Shown: one piece after another, positions 1 through 15,000 of the stretch
Layout: each line of letters begins with the position of its first letter
Position numbering within the stretch: position 1 is the first letter of the stretch
DNA from: Eledone cirrhosa
Lineage: Eukaryota
NCBI GenBank assembly: GCA_964016885.1
Contig: OZ024742.1
Location: forward strand, 15,810,001-15,874,000
Length of the DNA stretch: 64,000 nucleotides
Reading direction: 5' to 3'
Made by a program: the position numbers and the translations under genes
The notes under the pieces: model-generated
The model's database searches: none
What the model was told of the DNA's origin: nothing
What the model saw: only the letters and a program-made list of their open reading frames with translations

Positions 1-3000
1 GAGATATTGTTTAGTACACAGTAGAGACTTTAGGTTTGGATTTGTGTGAGATATTGTTTAGTATACAGTAGAGACTTTAGGTTTGGATTTGTGTGAGATA
101 TTGTTTAGTATACAGTACAGACTTTAGGTTTGGATTTGTGTGAGATATTGTTTAGTATACAGTAGAGACTTTAGGTTTGGATTTGTGTGAGATATTGTTT
201 AGTATACAGTAGAGACTTTAGGTTTGGATTTGTGTGAGATATTGTTTAGTATACATTAGAGACTTTAGGTTTGGATTTGTGTGAGATATTGTTTAGTATA
301 TAGTAGAGACTTTAGGTTTGGATTTGTGTGAGATATTGTTTAGTATACAGTAGAGACTTTAGGTTTCGATTTGTGTGAGATATTGTTTAGTATACAGTAA
401 AGACTTTAGGTTTGGATTTGTGTGAGATATTGTTTAGTATACAGTAGAGACTTTAGGTTTGGATTTGTGTGAGATATTGTTTAGTATACAGTAGAGACTT
501 AAGTTTTGGATTTGTGTGAGATATTGTTTAGTATACAGTAGAGACTTTAGGGTTGGATTTGTGTGAGATATTGTTTAGTATACAGTAGAGACTTTAGGTT
601 TGGATTTGTGTGAGATATTGTTTAGTATACAGTAGAGACTTTAGGTTTGGATTTGTGTGAGATATTGTTTTGTATACAGTAGAGATTTTAGGTTTGGATT
701 TGTGTGAGATATTGTTTAGTACACAGTAGAGACTTTAGGTTTGGATTTGTGTGAGATATTGTTTAGTATACAGTAGAGACTTTAGGTTTCGATTTGTGTG
801 AGATATTGTTTAGTATACTGTAGAGACTTTAGGTTTGGATTTGTGTGAGATATTGTTTAGTACACAGTAGAGACTTTAGGTTTGGATTTGTGTGAGATAT
901 TGTTTAGTATACAGTAGAGACTTTAGGTTTGGATTTGTGTGAGATATTGTTTAGTATACAGTAGAGACTTTAGGCTTGGATTTGTGTGAGATATTGTTTA
1001 GTACACAGTAGAGACTTTAGGTTTGGATTTGTGTGAGATATTGTTTAGTATACAGTAGAGACTTTAGGTTTGGATTTGTGTGAGATATTGTTTTGTATAC
1101 AGTAGAGACTTTAGGCTTGGATTTGTGTGAGATATTGTTTAGTACACAGTAGAGACTTTAGGTTTGGATTTGTGTGCGATATCGTTTAGTATACAGTAGA
1201 GACTTTAGGTCTGGATTTGTGTGAGATATTGTTTAGTATACAGTAGAGACTTTAGGTTTTGATTTGTGTGAGATATTGTTTAGTATACAGTAGAGACTTT
1301 ACGTTTGGATTTGTGTGAGATATTGTTTAGTATACAGTAGAGACTTTAGGTTTGGATTTGTGTGAGATATTGTTTAGTATACAGTAGAGACTTTAGGTTT
1401 GGATTTGTTTGAGATATTGTTTAGTACACAGTAGAAACTTTAGGTTTGGATTTGTGTGAGATATTGTTTAGTATACAGTAGAGACTTTAGGTTTCGATTT
1501 GTGTGAGATATTGTTTAGTATACCGTAGAGACATTAGGTTTGGATTTGTGTGAGATATTGTTTAGTATACAGTAGAGACTTTAGGTTTGGATTTGTGTGA
1601 GATATTGTTTTGTATACAGCAGAGACTTTAGGTTTGGATTTGTGTGAGATATTGTTTTGTATACAGTAGAGACTTTAGGTTTGGATTTGTGTGAGATATT
1701 GTTTAGTACACAGTAGAGACTTTAGGTTTGGATTTGTGTCAGATATTGTTTAGTATACAGTAGAGACTTTAGGTTTGGATTTGTGTGAGATATTGTTTAG
1801 TATACAGTAGAGACTTTAGGGTTGGATTTGTGTGAGATATTGTTTAGTATACAGTAGAGACTTTAGGTTTGGATTTGTGTGAGATATTGTTTAGTATACA
1901 GTAGAGACTTTAGGTTTGGATTTGTGTGAGTTATTGTTTAGTACACAGTAGAGGCTTTAGGTTTGGATTTGTGTGAGATATTGTTTAGTATACAGTAGAG
2001 ACTTTAGGGTTGGATTTGTGTGAGCTATTGTTTAGTATACAGGAGAGACTTTAGGTTTGGATTTGTGTGAGATATTGTTTAGTATACAGTAGAGACTTTA
2101 GGTTTGGATTTGTGTGAGATATTGTTTAGTATACATTAGAGACTTTAGGTTTGGATTTGTGTGAGATATTGTTTAGTATATAGTAGAGACTTTAGGTTTG
2201 GATTTGTGTGAGATATTGTTTAGTATACAGTAGAGACTTTAGGTTTGGATTTGTGTGAGATATTGTTTAGTATACAGTAGAGACTTTAGGTTTGGATTTG
2301 TGTGAGATATTGTTTAGTACACAGTAGAGACTTTAGGTTTGGATTTGTGTGAGATATTGTTTAGTATACAGTAGAGACTTTAGGGTTGGATTTGTGTGAG
2401 ATATTGTTTAGTATACAGTAGAGACTTTAGGTTTGGATTTGTGTGAGATATTGTTTAGTATACAATAGAGACTTTAGGTTTGGATTTGTGTGAGATATTG
2501 TTTAGTATACAGTAGAGACTTTAGGTTTGGATTTCTGTGAGATATTGTTTAGTATATAGTAGAGACTTTAGATTTGGATTTGTGTGAGATATTGTTTAGT
2601 ATACAGTAGAGACTTTAGGTTTGGATTTGTGTGAGATATTGTTTAGTATACAGTAGAGACTTTAGGTTTGGATTTGTGTGAGATATTGTTTAGTATATAG
2701 TAGAGACTTTAGGTTTGGATTTGTGTGAGATATTGTTTAGTATACAGTAGAGTCTTTAGGTTTCGATTTGTGTGAGATATTGTTTAGTATACAGTAGAGA
2801 CTTTAGGTTTGGATTTGTGTGAGATATTGTTTAGTATACAGTAGAGACTTTATGTTTGGATTTGTGTGAGATATTGTTTAGTATACAGTAGAGACTTTAG
2901 TTTTCGATTTGTGTGAGATATTGTTTAGTACACAGTAGAGACTTTACGTTTGGATTTGTGTGAGATATTGTTTAGTATACAGTAGAGACTTTACGTTTGG

Positions 3001-6000
3001 ATTTGTGTGAGATATTGTTTAGTATACAGTAGAGACTTTACGTTTGGATTTGTGTGAGATATTGTTTAGTATACAGTAGAGACTTTACGTTTGGATTTGT
3101 GTGAGATATTGTTTAGTATACAGTAGAGACTTTACGTTTGGATTTGTGTGAGATATTGTTTAGTATACAGTAGAGACTTTACGTTTGGATTTGTGTGAGA
3201 TATTGTTTAGTATACAGTAGAGACTTTACGTTTGGATTTGTGTGAGATATTGTTTAGTATACAGTAGAGACTTTAGGTTTGGATTTGAGTGAGATATTGT
3301 TTAGTATACAGTAGAGACTTTAGGTTTGTATTTGTGTAAGATATTGATTAGTATACAGTAGAGACTTTAGGTTTGGATTTGTGTGAGATATTGTTTAGTA
3401 TACAGTAGAGACTTTAGGTATGGATTTGAGTGAGATATTGTTTAGTATACAGTAGAGACTTTAGGGTTGGATTTGTGTGAGATATTGTTTAGTATACAGT
3501 AGAGACTTTACGTTTGGATTTGTGTGAGATATTGTTTAGTATACAGTAGAGACTTTAGGGTTGGATTTGTGTGAGATATTGTTTAGTATACAGTAGAGAC
3601 TTTAGGTTTGGATTTGTGTGAGATATTGTTTAGTATACAGTAGAGATTTAGGTTTGGATTTGCGTGAGATATTGTTTAGTACACAGTAGAGACTTTAGGT
3701 TCGGATTTGTGTGAGATATTGTTTAGTATACAGTAGAGACATTAGGTTTGGATTTGTGTGAGATATTGATTAGTATACAGTAGAGACTTTAGGTTTGGAT
3801 TTGTGTGAGATATTGTTTAGTATACAGTAGAGACTTTAGCTTTGGATTTGTGTGAGATATTGTTTAGTATACAGTAGAAACTTTAGGTTTGTATTTGTGA
3901 GTGATATTGTTTAGTATACAGTAGAGACTTTAGGTTTGGATTTGTGTGAGATATTGTTTAGTATACAGTAGAGACTTTAGGTTTGGATTTGTGTGAGATA
4001 TTGTTTAGTATACAGTAGAGACTTTATGTTTGGATTTGTGTGAGATATTGTTTAGTATACAGTAGAGGTTTTAGGTTTGGATTTGTGTGAGATATTGTTT
4101 AGTATACAGTAGAGACTTTAGGTTTGGATTTGTGTGAGATATTGTTTAGTATACAGTAGAGACTTTAGGTTTGGATTTGTGTGAGATATTGTTTAGTATA
4201 CAGTAGAGACTTTAGGTTTGGATTTGTGTGAGATATTGTTTAGTATACAGTAGAGACTTTATGTTTGGATTTGTGTGAGATATTGTTTAGTATACAGTAG
4301 AGACTTTAGTTTTCGATTTGTGTGAGATATTGTTTAGTACACAATAGAGACTTTAGGTTTGGATTTGTGTGAGATATTGTTTAGTATACAGTAGAGACTT
4401 TAGGGTTGGATTTGTGTGAGATATTGTTTAGTAGACAGTAGAGACTTTAGGTTTGGATTTGTGTGAGATATTGTTTAGTATACAGTAGAGACTTTAGGTT
4501 TGGATTTGTGTGAGATATTGTTTAGTATACATTAGAGACTTTAGGTTTGGATTTGTGTGAGATATTGTTTAGTACACAGTAGAGACTTTAGGTTTGGATT
4601 TGTGTGAGATATTGTTTAGTATATAGTAGAGACTTTAGGTTTGGATTTGTGTGAGATATTGTTTAGTATACAGTAGAGACTTTAGGTTTCAATTTGTGTG
4701 AGATATTGTTTAGTATACAGTAGAGACTTTAGGTTTGGATTTGTGTGAGATATTGTTTAGTATACAGTAGAGACTTTAGGTTTGGATTTGTGTGAGATAT
4801 TGTTTTGTATACAGTAGTGACTTTAGGTTTGGATTTGTGTGAGATATTGTTTTGTATACAGTAGAGACTTTAGGTTTGGATTTATGTGAGATATTGTTTA
4901 GTACACAGTAGAGACATTAGGTTTGGATTTGTGTGAGACATTGTTTAGTATACAGTAGAGACTTTAGGTTTGGATTTGTGTGAGATATTGTTTAGTATAC
5001 AGTAGAGACTTTAGGTTTGGATTTGTGTGAGATATTGTTTAGTATACAGTAGAGACTTTAGGTTTGGATTTGTGTGAGATATTGTTTAGTATACAGTAGA
5101 GACTTTAGGTTTGGATTTGTGTGAGATATTGTTTAGTACACAGTAGAGACTTTAGGTTTGGATTTGTGTGAGATATTGTTTAGTATACAGTAGAGACTTT
5201 AGGTTTCGATTTGTGTGAGATATTGTTTAGTATACAGTAGAGACTTTAGGTTTCGATTTGTGTGAGATATTGTTTAGTATACAGTAGAGACTTTAGGATT
5301 GGATTTGTGTGAGATATTGTTTAGTACACAGCAGAGACTTTAGGTTTGGATTTGTGTGAGATATTGTTTAGTATACAGTAGAGACTTTAGGTTTCGATTT
5401 GTGTGAGATATTGTTTAGTATACAGTAGAGACTTTAGGTTTGGATTTGTGTGAGATATTGTTTAGTATACAGTAGAGACTTTAGGTTTCGATTTGTGTGA
5501 GATATTGTTTTGTATACATTAGAGACTTTAGGTTTGGATTTGTGTGAGATATTGTTTTGTATACAGTAGAGAGTTTAGGTTTGGATTTGTGTGAGATATT
5601 GTTTAGTACACAGTAGAGACTTTAGGTTTGGATTTGTGTGAGATATTGTTTAGTATACAGTAGAGACTTTAGGTTTGGATTTGTGTGAGATATTGTTTAG
5701 TATACAGTACAGACTTTAGGTTTGGATTTGTGTGAGATATTGTTTAGTATACAGTAGAGACTTTAGGTTTGGATTTGTGTGAGATATTGTTTAGTATACA
5801 GTAGAGACTTTAGGTTTGGATTTGTGTGAGATATTGTTTAGTATACATTAGAGACTTTAGGTTTGGATTTGTGTGAGATATTGTTTAGTATATAGTAGAG
5901 ACTTTAGGTTTGGATTTGTGTGAGATATTGTTTAGTATACAGTAGAGACTTTAGGTTTCGATTTGTGTGAGATATTGTTTAGTATACAGTAAAGACTTTA

Positions 6001-9000
6001 GGTTTGGATTTGTGTGAGATATTGTTTAGTATACAGTAGAGACTTTAGGTTTGGATTTGTGTGAGATATTGTTTAGTATACAGTAGAGACTTAAGTTTTG
6101 GATTTGTGTGAGATATTGTTTAGTATACAGTAGAGACTTTAGGGTTGGATTTGTGTGAGATATTGTTTAGTATACAGTAGAGACTTTAGGTTTGGATTTG
6201 TGTGAGATATTGTTTAGTATACAGTAGAGACTTTAGGTTTGGATTTGTGTGAGATATTGTTTTGTATACAGTAGAGATTTTAGGTTTGGATTTGTGTGAG
6301 ATATTGTTTAGTACACAGTAGAGACTTTAGGTTTGGATTTGTGTGAGATATTGTTTAGTATACAGTAGAGACTTTAGGTTTCGATTTGTGTGAGATATTG
6401 TTTAGTATACCGTAGAGACTTTAGGTTTGGATTTGTGTGAGATATTGTTTAGTACACAGTAGAGACTTTAGGTTTGGATTTGTGTGAGATATTGTTTAGT
6501 ATACAGTAGAGACTTTAGGTTTGGATTTGTGTGAGATATTGTTTAGTATACAGTAGAGACTTTAGGCTTGGATTTGTGTGAGATATTGTTTAGTACACAG
6601 TAGAGACTTTAGGTTTGGATTTGTGTGAGATATTGTTTAGTATACAGTAGAGACTTTAGGTTTGGATTTGTGTGAGATATTGTTTTGTATACAGTAGAGA
6701 CTTTAGGCTTGGATTTGTGTGAGATATTGTTTAGTACACAGTAGAGACTTTAGGTTTGGATTTGTGTGCGATATCGTTTAGTATACAGTAGAGACTTTAG
6801 GTCTGGATTTGTGTGAGATATTGTTTAGTATACAGTAGAGACTTTAGGTTTTGATTTGTGTGAGATATTGTTTAGTATACAGTAGAGACTTTACGTTTGG
6901 ATTTGTGTGAGATATTGTTTAGTATACAGTAGAGACTTTAGGTTTTGATTTGTGTGAGATATTGTTTAGTATACAGTAGAGACTTTAGGTTTGGATTTGT
7001 TTGAGATATTGTTTAGTACACAGTAGAAACTTTAGGTTTGGATTTGTGTGAGATATTGTTTAGTATACAGTAGAGACTTTAGGTTTCGATTTGTGTGAGA
7101 TATTGTTTAGTATACCGTAGAGACATTAGGTTTGGATTTGTGTGAGATATTGTTTAGTATACAGTAGAGACTTTAGGTTTGGATTTGTGTGAGATATTGT
7201 TTTGTATACAGCAGAGACTTTAGGTTTGGATTTGTGTGAGATATTGTTTAGTACACAGTAGAGACTTTAGGTTTGGATTTGTGTCAGATATTGTTTAGTA
7301 TACAGTAGAGACTTTAGGTTTGGATTTGTGTGAGATATTGTTTAGTATACAGTAGAGACTTTAGGGTTGGATTTGTGTGAGATATTGTTTAGTATACAGT
7401 AGAGACTTTAGGTTTGGATTTGTGTGAGATATTGTTTAGTATACAGTAGAGACTTTAGGTTTGGATTTGTGTGAGTTATTGTTTAGTACACAGTAGAGGC
7501 TTTAGGTTTGGATTTGTGTGAGATATTGTTTAGTATACAGTAGAGACTTTAGGGTTGGATTTGTGTGAGCTATTGTTTAGTATACAGGAGAGACTTTAGG
7601 TTTGGATTTGTGTGAGATATTGTTTAGTATACAGTAGAGACTTTAGGTTTGGATTTGTGTGAGATATTGTTTAGTATACATTAGAGACTTTAGGTTTGGA
7701 TTTGTGTGAGATATTGTTTAGTATATAGTAGAGACTTTAGGTTTGGATTTGTGTGAGATATTGTTTAGTATACAGTAGAGACTTTAGGTTTGGATTTGTG
7801 TGAGATATTGTTTAGTATACAGTAGAGACTTTAGGTTTGGATTTGTGTGAGATATTGTTTAGTACACAGTAGAGACTTTAGGTTTGGATTTGTGTGAGAT
7901 ATTGTTTAGTATACAGTAGAGACTTTAGGGTTGGATTTGTGTGAGATATTGTTTAGTATACAGTAGAGACTTTAGGTTTGGATTTGTGTGAGATATTGTT
8001 TAGTATACAATAGAGACTTTAGGTTTGGATTTGTGTGAGATATTGTTTAGTATACAGTAGAGACTTTAGGTTTGGATTTCTGTGAGATATTGTTTAGTAT
8101 ATAGTAGAGACTTTAGATTTGGATTTGTGTGAGATATTGTTTAGTATACAGTAGAGACTTTAGGTTTGGATTTGTGTGAGATATTGTTTAGTATACAGTA
8201 GAGACTTTAGGTTTGGATTTGTGTGAGATATTGTTTAGTATATAGTAGAGACTTTAGGTTTGGATTTGTGTGAGATATTGTTTAGTATACAGTAGAGTCT
8301 TTAGGTTTCGATTTGTGTGAGATATTGTTTAGTATACAGTAGAGACTTTAGGTTTGGATTTGTGTGAGATATTGTTTAGTATACAGTAGAGACTTTATGT
8401 TTGGATTTGTGTGAGATATTGTTTAGTATACAGTAGAGACTTTAGTTTTCGATTTGTGTGAGATATTGTTTAGTACACAATAGAGACTTTAGGTTTGGAT
8501 TTGTGTGAGATATTGTTTAGTATACAGTAGAGACATTAGGTTTGGATTTATGTGAGATATTGTTTAGTACACAGTAGAGACTTTAGGTTTGGATTTGTGT
8601 GAGATATTGTTTAGTATACAGTAGAGACTTAAGTTTTGGATTTGTGTGAGATATTGTTTAGTATACAGTAGAGACTTTAGGGTTGTATTTGTGTGAGATA
8701 TTGTTTAGTATACAGTAGAGACTTTAGGTTTGGATTTGTGTGAGATATTGTTTAGTATACAGTAGAGACTTTAGGTTTGGATTTGTGTGAGATATTGTTT
8801 TGTATACAGTAGAGACTTTAGGTTTGGATTTGTGTGAGATATTGTTTAGTACACAGTAGAGACTTTAGGTTTGGATTTGTGTGAGATATTGTTTAGTATA
8901 CAGTAGAGACTTTAGGTTTGGATTTGTGTGTGATATTGTTTAGTATACAGTAGAGACTTTAGGTTTGGATTTGTGTGAGATATTGTTTAGTACACAGTAG

Positions 9001-12000
9001 AGACTTTAGGTTTGGATTTGTGTGAGATATTGTTTAGTATACAGTAGAGACTTTAGGGTTGGATTTGTGTGAGATATTGTTTAGTATACAGTAGAGACTT
9101 TAGGTTTGGATTTGTGTGAGATATTGTTTAGTATACAGTAGAGACTTTAGGTTTGGATTTGTGTGAGATATTGTTTAGTATACAGTAGAGACTTTAGGTT
9201 TGGATTTGTGTGAGATATTGTTTAGTACACAGTAGAGACTTTAGGTTTGGATTTGTGAGAGATATTGTTTAGTATACAGTAGAGACTTTAGGTTTGGATT
9301 TCTTTGAGATATTGTTTAGTATATAGTAGAGACTTTAGGTTTGAATTTGTGTGAGATATTGTTTAGTATACAGTAGAGACTTTAGGTTTGGATTTGTGTG
9401 AGATATTGTTTAGTATACAGTAGAGACTTTAGGTTTGAATTTGTGTGAGATATTGTTTTGTATACAGTAGAGACTTTAGGTTTGGATTTGTGTGAGATAT
9501 TGTTTAGTACACAGTAGAGACTTTAGGTTTGGATTTGTGTGAGATATTGTTTAGTATACAGTAGAGACTTTAGGTTTGGATTTGTGTGAGATATTGTTTA
9601 GTACACAGTAGAGACTTTAGGTTTGGATTTGTGTGAGATATTGTTTAGTATACAGTAGAGACTTTAGGGTTGGATTTGTGTGAGATGTTGTTTAGTATAC
9701 AGTAGAGACTTTAGGTTTGGATTTGTGTGAGATATTGTTTAGTATACAGTAGAGACTTTAGGTTTGGATTTGTGTGAGATATTGTTTAGTATACAGTAGA
9801 GACTTTAGGTTTGGATTTGTGTGAGATATTGTTTAGTACACAGTAGAGACTTTAGGTTTGGATTTGTGTGAGATATTGTTTAGTATACAGTAGAGACTTT
9901 AGGGTTGGATTTGTGTGAGATATTGTTTAGTATACAGTAGAGACTTTAGGTTTGGATTTGTGTGAGATATTGTTTAGTATACAATAGAGACTTTAGGTTT
10001 GGATTTGTGTGAGATATTGTTTAGTATACAGTAGAGACTTTAGGTTTGGATTTCTGTGAGATATTGTTTAGTATATAGTAGAGACTTTAGATTTGGATTT
10101 GTGTGAGATATTGTTTAGTATACAGTAGAGACTTTAGGTTTGGATTTGTGTGAGATATTGTTTAGTATACAGTAGAGACTTTAGGTTTGGATTTGTGTGA
10201 GATATTGTTTAGTATATAGTAGAGACTTTAGGTTTGGATTTGTGTGAGATATTGTTTAGTATACAGTAGAGTCTTTAGGTTTCGATTTGTGTGAGATATT
10301 GTTTAGTATACAGTAGAGACTTTAGGTTTGGATTTGTGTGAGATATTGTTTAGTATACAGTAGAGACTTTATGTTTGGATTTGTGTGAGATATTGTTTAG
10401 TATACAGTAGAGATTTTAGTTTTCGATTTGTGTGAGATATTGTTTAGTACACAATAGAGACTTTAGGTTTGGATTTGTGTGAGATATTGTTTAGTATACA
10501 GTAGAGACTTAAGTTTTGGATTTGTGTGAGATATTGTTTAGTATACAGTAGAGACTTTAGGGTTGTATTTGTGTGAGATATTGTTTCGTATACAGTAGAG
10601 ACTTTAGGTTTGGATTTGTGTGAGATATTGTTTAGTATACAGTAGAGACTTTAGGTTTGGATTTGTGTGAGATATTGTTTTGTATACAGTAGAGACTTTA
10701 GGTTTGGATTTGTGTGAGATATTGTTTAGTACACAGTAGAGACTTTAGGTTTGGATTTGTGTGAGATATTGTTTAGTATACAGTAGAGACTTTAGGTTTG
10801 GATTTGTGTGAGATATTGTTTAGTATACAGTAGAGACTTTAGGTTTGGATTTGTGTGAGATATTGTTTAGTACACAGTAGAGACTTTAGGTTTGGATTTG
10901 TGTGAGATATTGTTTAGTATACAGTAGAGACTTTAGGTTTGGATTTGTGTGAGATATTGTTTAGTATACAGTAGAGACTTTAGGTTTGGATTTGTGTGAG
11001 ATATTGTTTAGTACACAGTAGAGACTTTAGGTTTGGATTTGTGTGAGATATTGTTTAGTATACAGTAGAGACTTTAGGGTTCGATTTGTGTGAGATATTG
11101 TTTAGTATACAGTAGAGACTTTAGGTTTGGATTTGTGTGAGATATTGTTTAGTATACAGTAGAGACTTTAGGTTTGGATTTGTGTGAGATATTGTTTAGT
11201 ATACAGTAGAGACTTTAGGTTTGGATTTGTGTGAGATATTGTTTAGTACACAGTAGAGACTTTAGGTTTGGATTTGTGTGAGATATTGTTTAGTATACAG
11301 TAGAGACTTTAGGGTTGGATTTGTGTGAGATATTGTTTAGTATACAGTAGAGACTTTAGGTTTGGATTTGTGTGAGATATTGTTTAGTATACAATAGAGA
11401 CTTTAGGTTTGGATTTGTGTGAGATATTGTTTAGTATACAGTAGAGACTTTAGGTTGGATTTCTTTGAGATATTGTTTACTATATAGTAGAGACTTTAGG
11501 TTTGAATTTGTGTGAGATATTGTTTAGTATACAGTAGAGACTTTAGGTTTGGATTTGTGTGAGATATTGTTTTGTATACAGTAGAGACTTTAGGTTTGGA
11601 TTTGTGTGAGATATTGTTTAGTACACAGTAGAGACTTTAGGTTTGGATTTGTGTGAGATATTGTTTAGTATACAGTAGAGACTTTAGGTTTGGATTTGTG
11701 TGAGATATTGTTTAGTACACAGTAGAGACTTTAGGTTTGGATTTGTGTGAGATATTGTTTAGTATACAGTAGAGACTTTAGGGTTGGATTTGTGTGAGAT
11801 ATTGTTTAGTATACAGTAGAGACTTTAGGTTTGGATTTGTGTGAGATATTGTTTAGTATACAGTAGAGACTTTAGGTTTGGATTTGTGTGAGATATTGTT
11901 TAGTATACAGTAGAGACTTTAGGTTTGGATTTGTGTGAGATATTGTTTAGTACACAGTAGAGACTTTAGGTTTGGATTTGTGTAAGATATTGTTTAGTAT

Positions 12001-15000
12001 ACAGTAGAGACTTTAGGGTTGGATTTATGTGAGATATTGTTTAGTATACAGTAGAGACTTTAGGTTTGGATTTGTGTGAGATATTGTTTAGTATACAATA
12101 GAGACTTTAGGTTTGGATTTGTGTGAGATATTGTTTAGTATACAGTAGAGACTTTAGGTTTGGATTTCTGTGAGATATTGTTTAGTATATAGTAGAGACT
12201 TTAGATTTGGATTTGTGTGAGATATTGTTTAGTATACAGTAGAGACTTTAGGTTTGGATTTGTGTGAGATATTGTTTAGTATACAGTAGAGACTTTAGGT
12301 TTGGATTTGTGTGAGATATTGTTTAGTATATAGTAGAGACTTTAGGTTTGGATTTGTGTGAGATATTGTTTAGTATACAGTAGAGTCTTTAGGTTTCGAT
12401 TTGTGTGAGATATTGTTTAGTATACAGTAGAGACTTCAGGTTTGGATTTGTGTGAGATATTGTTTAGTATACAGTAGAGACTTTATGTTTGGATTTGTGT
12501 GAGATATTGTTTAGTATACAGTAGAGACTTTAGTTTTCGATTTGTGTGAGATATTGTTTAGTACACAATAGAGACTTTAGGTTTGGATTTGTGTGAGATA
12601 TTGTTTAGTATACAGTAGAGACATTAGGTTTGGATTTGTGTGAGATATTGTTTAGTACACAGTAGAGACTTTAGGTTTGGATTTGTGTGAGATATTGTTT
12701 AGTATACAGTAGAGACTTAAGTTTTGGATTTGTGTGAGATATTGTTTAGTATACAGTAGAGACTTTAGGGTTGTATTTGTGTGAGATATTGTTTAGTATA
12801 CAGTAGAGACTTTAGGTTTGGATTTGTGTGAGATATTGTTTAGTATACAGTAGAGACTTTAGGTTTGGATTTGTGTGAGATATTGTTTTGTATACAGTAG
12901 AGACTTTAGGTTTGGATTTGTGTGAGATATTGTTTAGTACACAGTAGAGACTTTAGGTTTGGATTTGTGTGAGATATTGTTTAGTATACAGTAGAGACTT
13001 TAGGTTTGGATTTGTGTGAGATATTGTTTAGTATACAGTAGAGACTTTAGGTTTGGATTTGTGTGAGATATTGTTTAGTACACAGTAGAGACTTTAGGTT
13101 TGGATTTGTGTGAGATATTGTTTAGTATACAGTAGAGACTTTAGGGTTGGATTTGTGTGAGATATTGTTTAGTATACAGTAGAGACTTTAGGTTTGGATT
13201 TGTGTGAGATATTTTTTAGTATACAGTAGAGACTTTAGGTTTGGATTTGTGTCAGATATTGTTTAGTATACAGTAGAGACTTTAGGTTTGGATTTGTGTG
13301 AGATATTGTTTAGTACACAGTAGAGACTTAGGGGTTTGGATTTGTGTGAGATATTGTTTAGTATACAGTAGAGACTTTAGGGTTGGATTTGTGTGAGATA
13401 TTGTTTAGTATACAGTAGACACTTTAGGTTTGGATTTGTGTGAGATATTGTTTAGTATACAATAGAGACTTTAGGTTTGGATTTGTGTGAGATATTGTTT
13501 AGTATACAGTAGAGACTTTAGTTTTGGATTTCTGTGAGATATTGTTTAGTATATAGTAGAGACTTTAGGTTTGAATTTGTGTGAGATATTGTTTAGTATA
13601 CAGTAGAGACTTTAGGTTTGGATTTGTGTGAGATATTGTTTAGTATACAGTAGAGACTTTAGGTTTGGATTTGTGTGAGATATTGTTTAGTATATAGTAG
13701 AGACTTTAGGTTTGGATTTGTGTGAGATATTGTTTAGTATACAGTAGAGTCTTTAGGTTTCGATTTGTGTGAGATATTGTTTAGTATACAGTAGAGACTT
13801 TAGGTTTGGATTTCTGTGAGATATTGTTTAGTATACAGTAGAGACTTTATGTTTGGATTTGTGTGAGATATTGTTTAGTATACAGTAGAGACTTTAGTTT
13901 TCGATTTGTGTGAGATATTGTTTAGTACACAATAGAGACTTTAGGTTTGGATTTGTGTGAGATATTGTTTAGTATACAGTAGAGACTTTAGGGTTGGATT
14001 TGTGTGAGATATTGTTTAGTATACAGTAGAGACTTTAGGTTTGGATTTGTGTGAGATATTGTTTAGTATACAGTAGAGACTTTAGGTTTGGATTTGTGTG
14101 AGATATTGTTTAGTATACATTAGAGACTTTAGGTTTGGATTTGTGTGAGATATTGTTTAGTATATAGTAGAGACTTTAGGTTTGGATTTGTGTGAGATAT
14201 TGTTTAGTATACAGTAGAGATTTTAGGTTTCGATATTTGTGTGAGATATTGTTTAGTATACAGTAGAGACTTTAGGTTTGGATTTGTGTGAGATATTGTT
14301 TAGTATACAGTAGAGACTTTAGGTTTGGATTTGTGTGAGATATTGTTTTGTATACAGTAGAGACTTTAGGTTTGGATTTGTGTGAGATATTGTTTTGTAT
14401 ACAGTAGAGACTTTAGGTTTGGATTTGTGTGAGATATTGTTTAGTACACAGTAGAGACTTTAGGTTTGGATTTGTGTGAGACATTGTTTAGTATACAGTA
14501 GAGACTTTAGGTTTGGATTTGTGTGAGATATTGTTTAGTATACAGTAGAGACTTTAGGTTTGGATTTGTGTGAGATATTGTTTAGTATACAGTAGAGACT
14601 TTAGGTTTCGATTTGTGTGAGATATTGTTTTGTATACAGTAGACACTTTAGGTTTGGATTTGTGTGAGATATTGTTTTGTATACAGTAGAGACTTTAGGT
14701 TTGGATTTGTGTGAGATATTGTTTAGTACACAGTAGAGACTTTAGGTTTGGATTTGTGTGAGATATTGTTTAGTATACAGTAGAGACTTTAGGTTTGGAT
14801 TTGTGTGAGATATTGTTTAGTATACAGTAGAGACTTTAGGTTTGGATTTGTGTGAGATATTGTTTAGTATACAGTAGAGACTTTAGGTTTGGATTTGTGT
14901 GAGATATTGTTTAGTATACAGTAGAGACTTTAGGTTTGGATTTGTGTGAGATATTGTTTAGTACACATTAGAGACTTTATGTTTGGATTTGTGTGAGATA

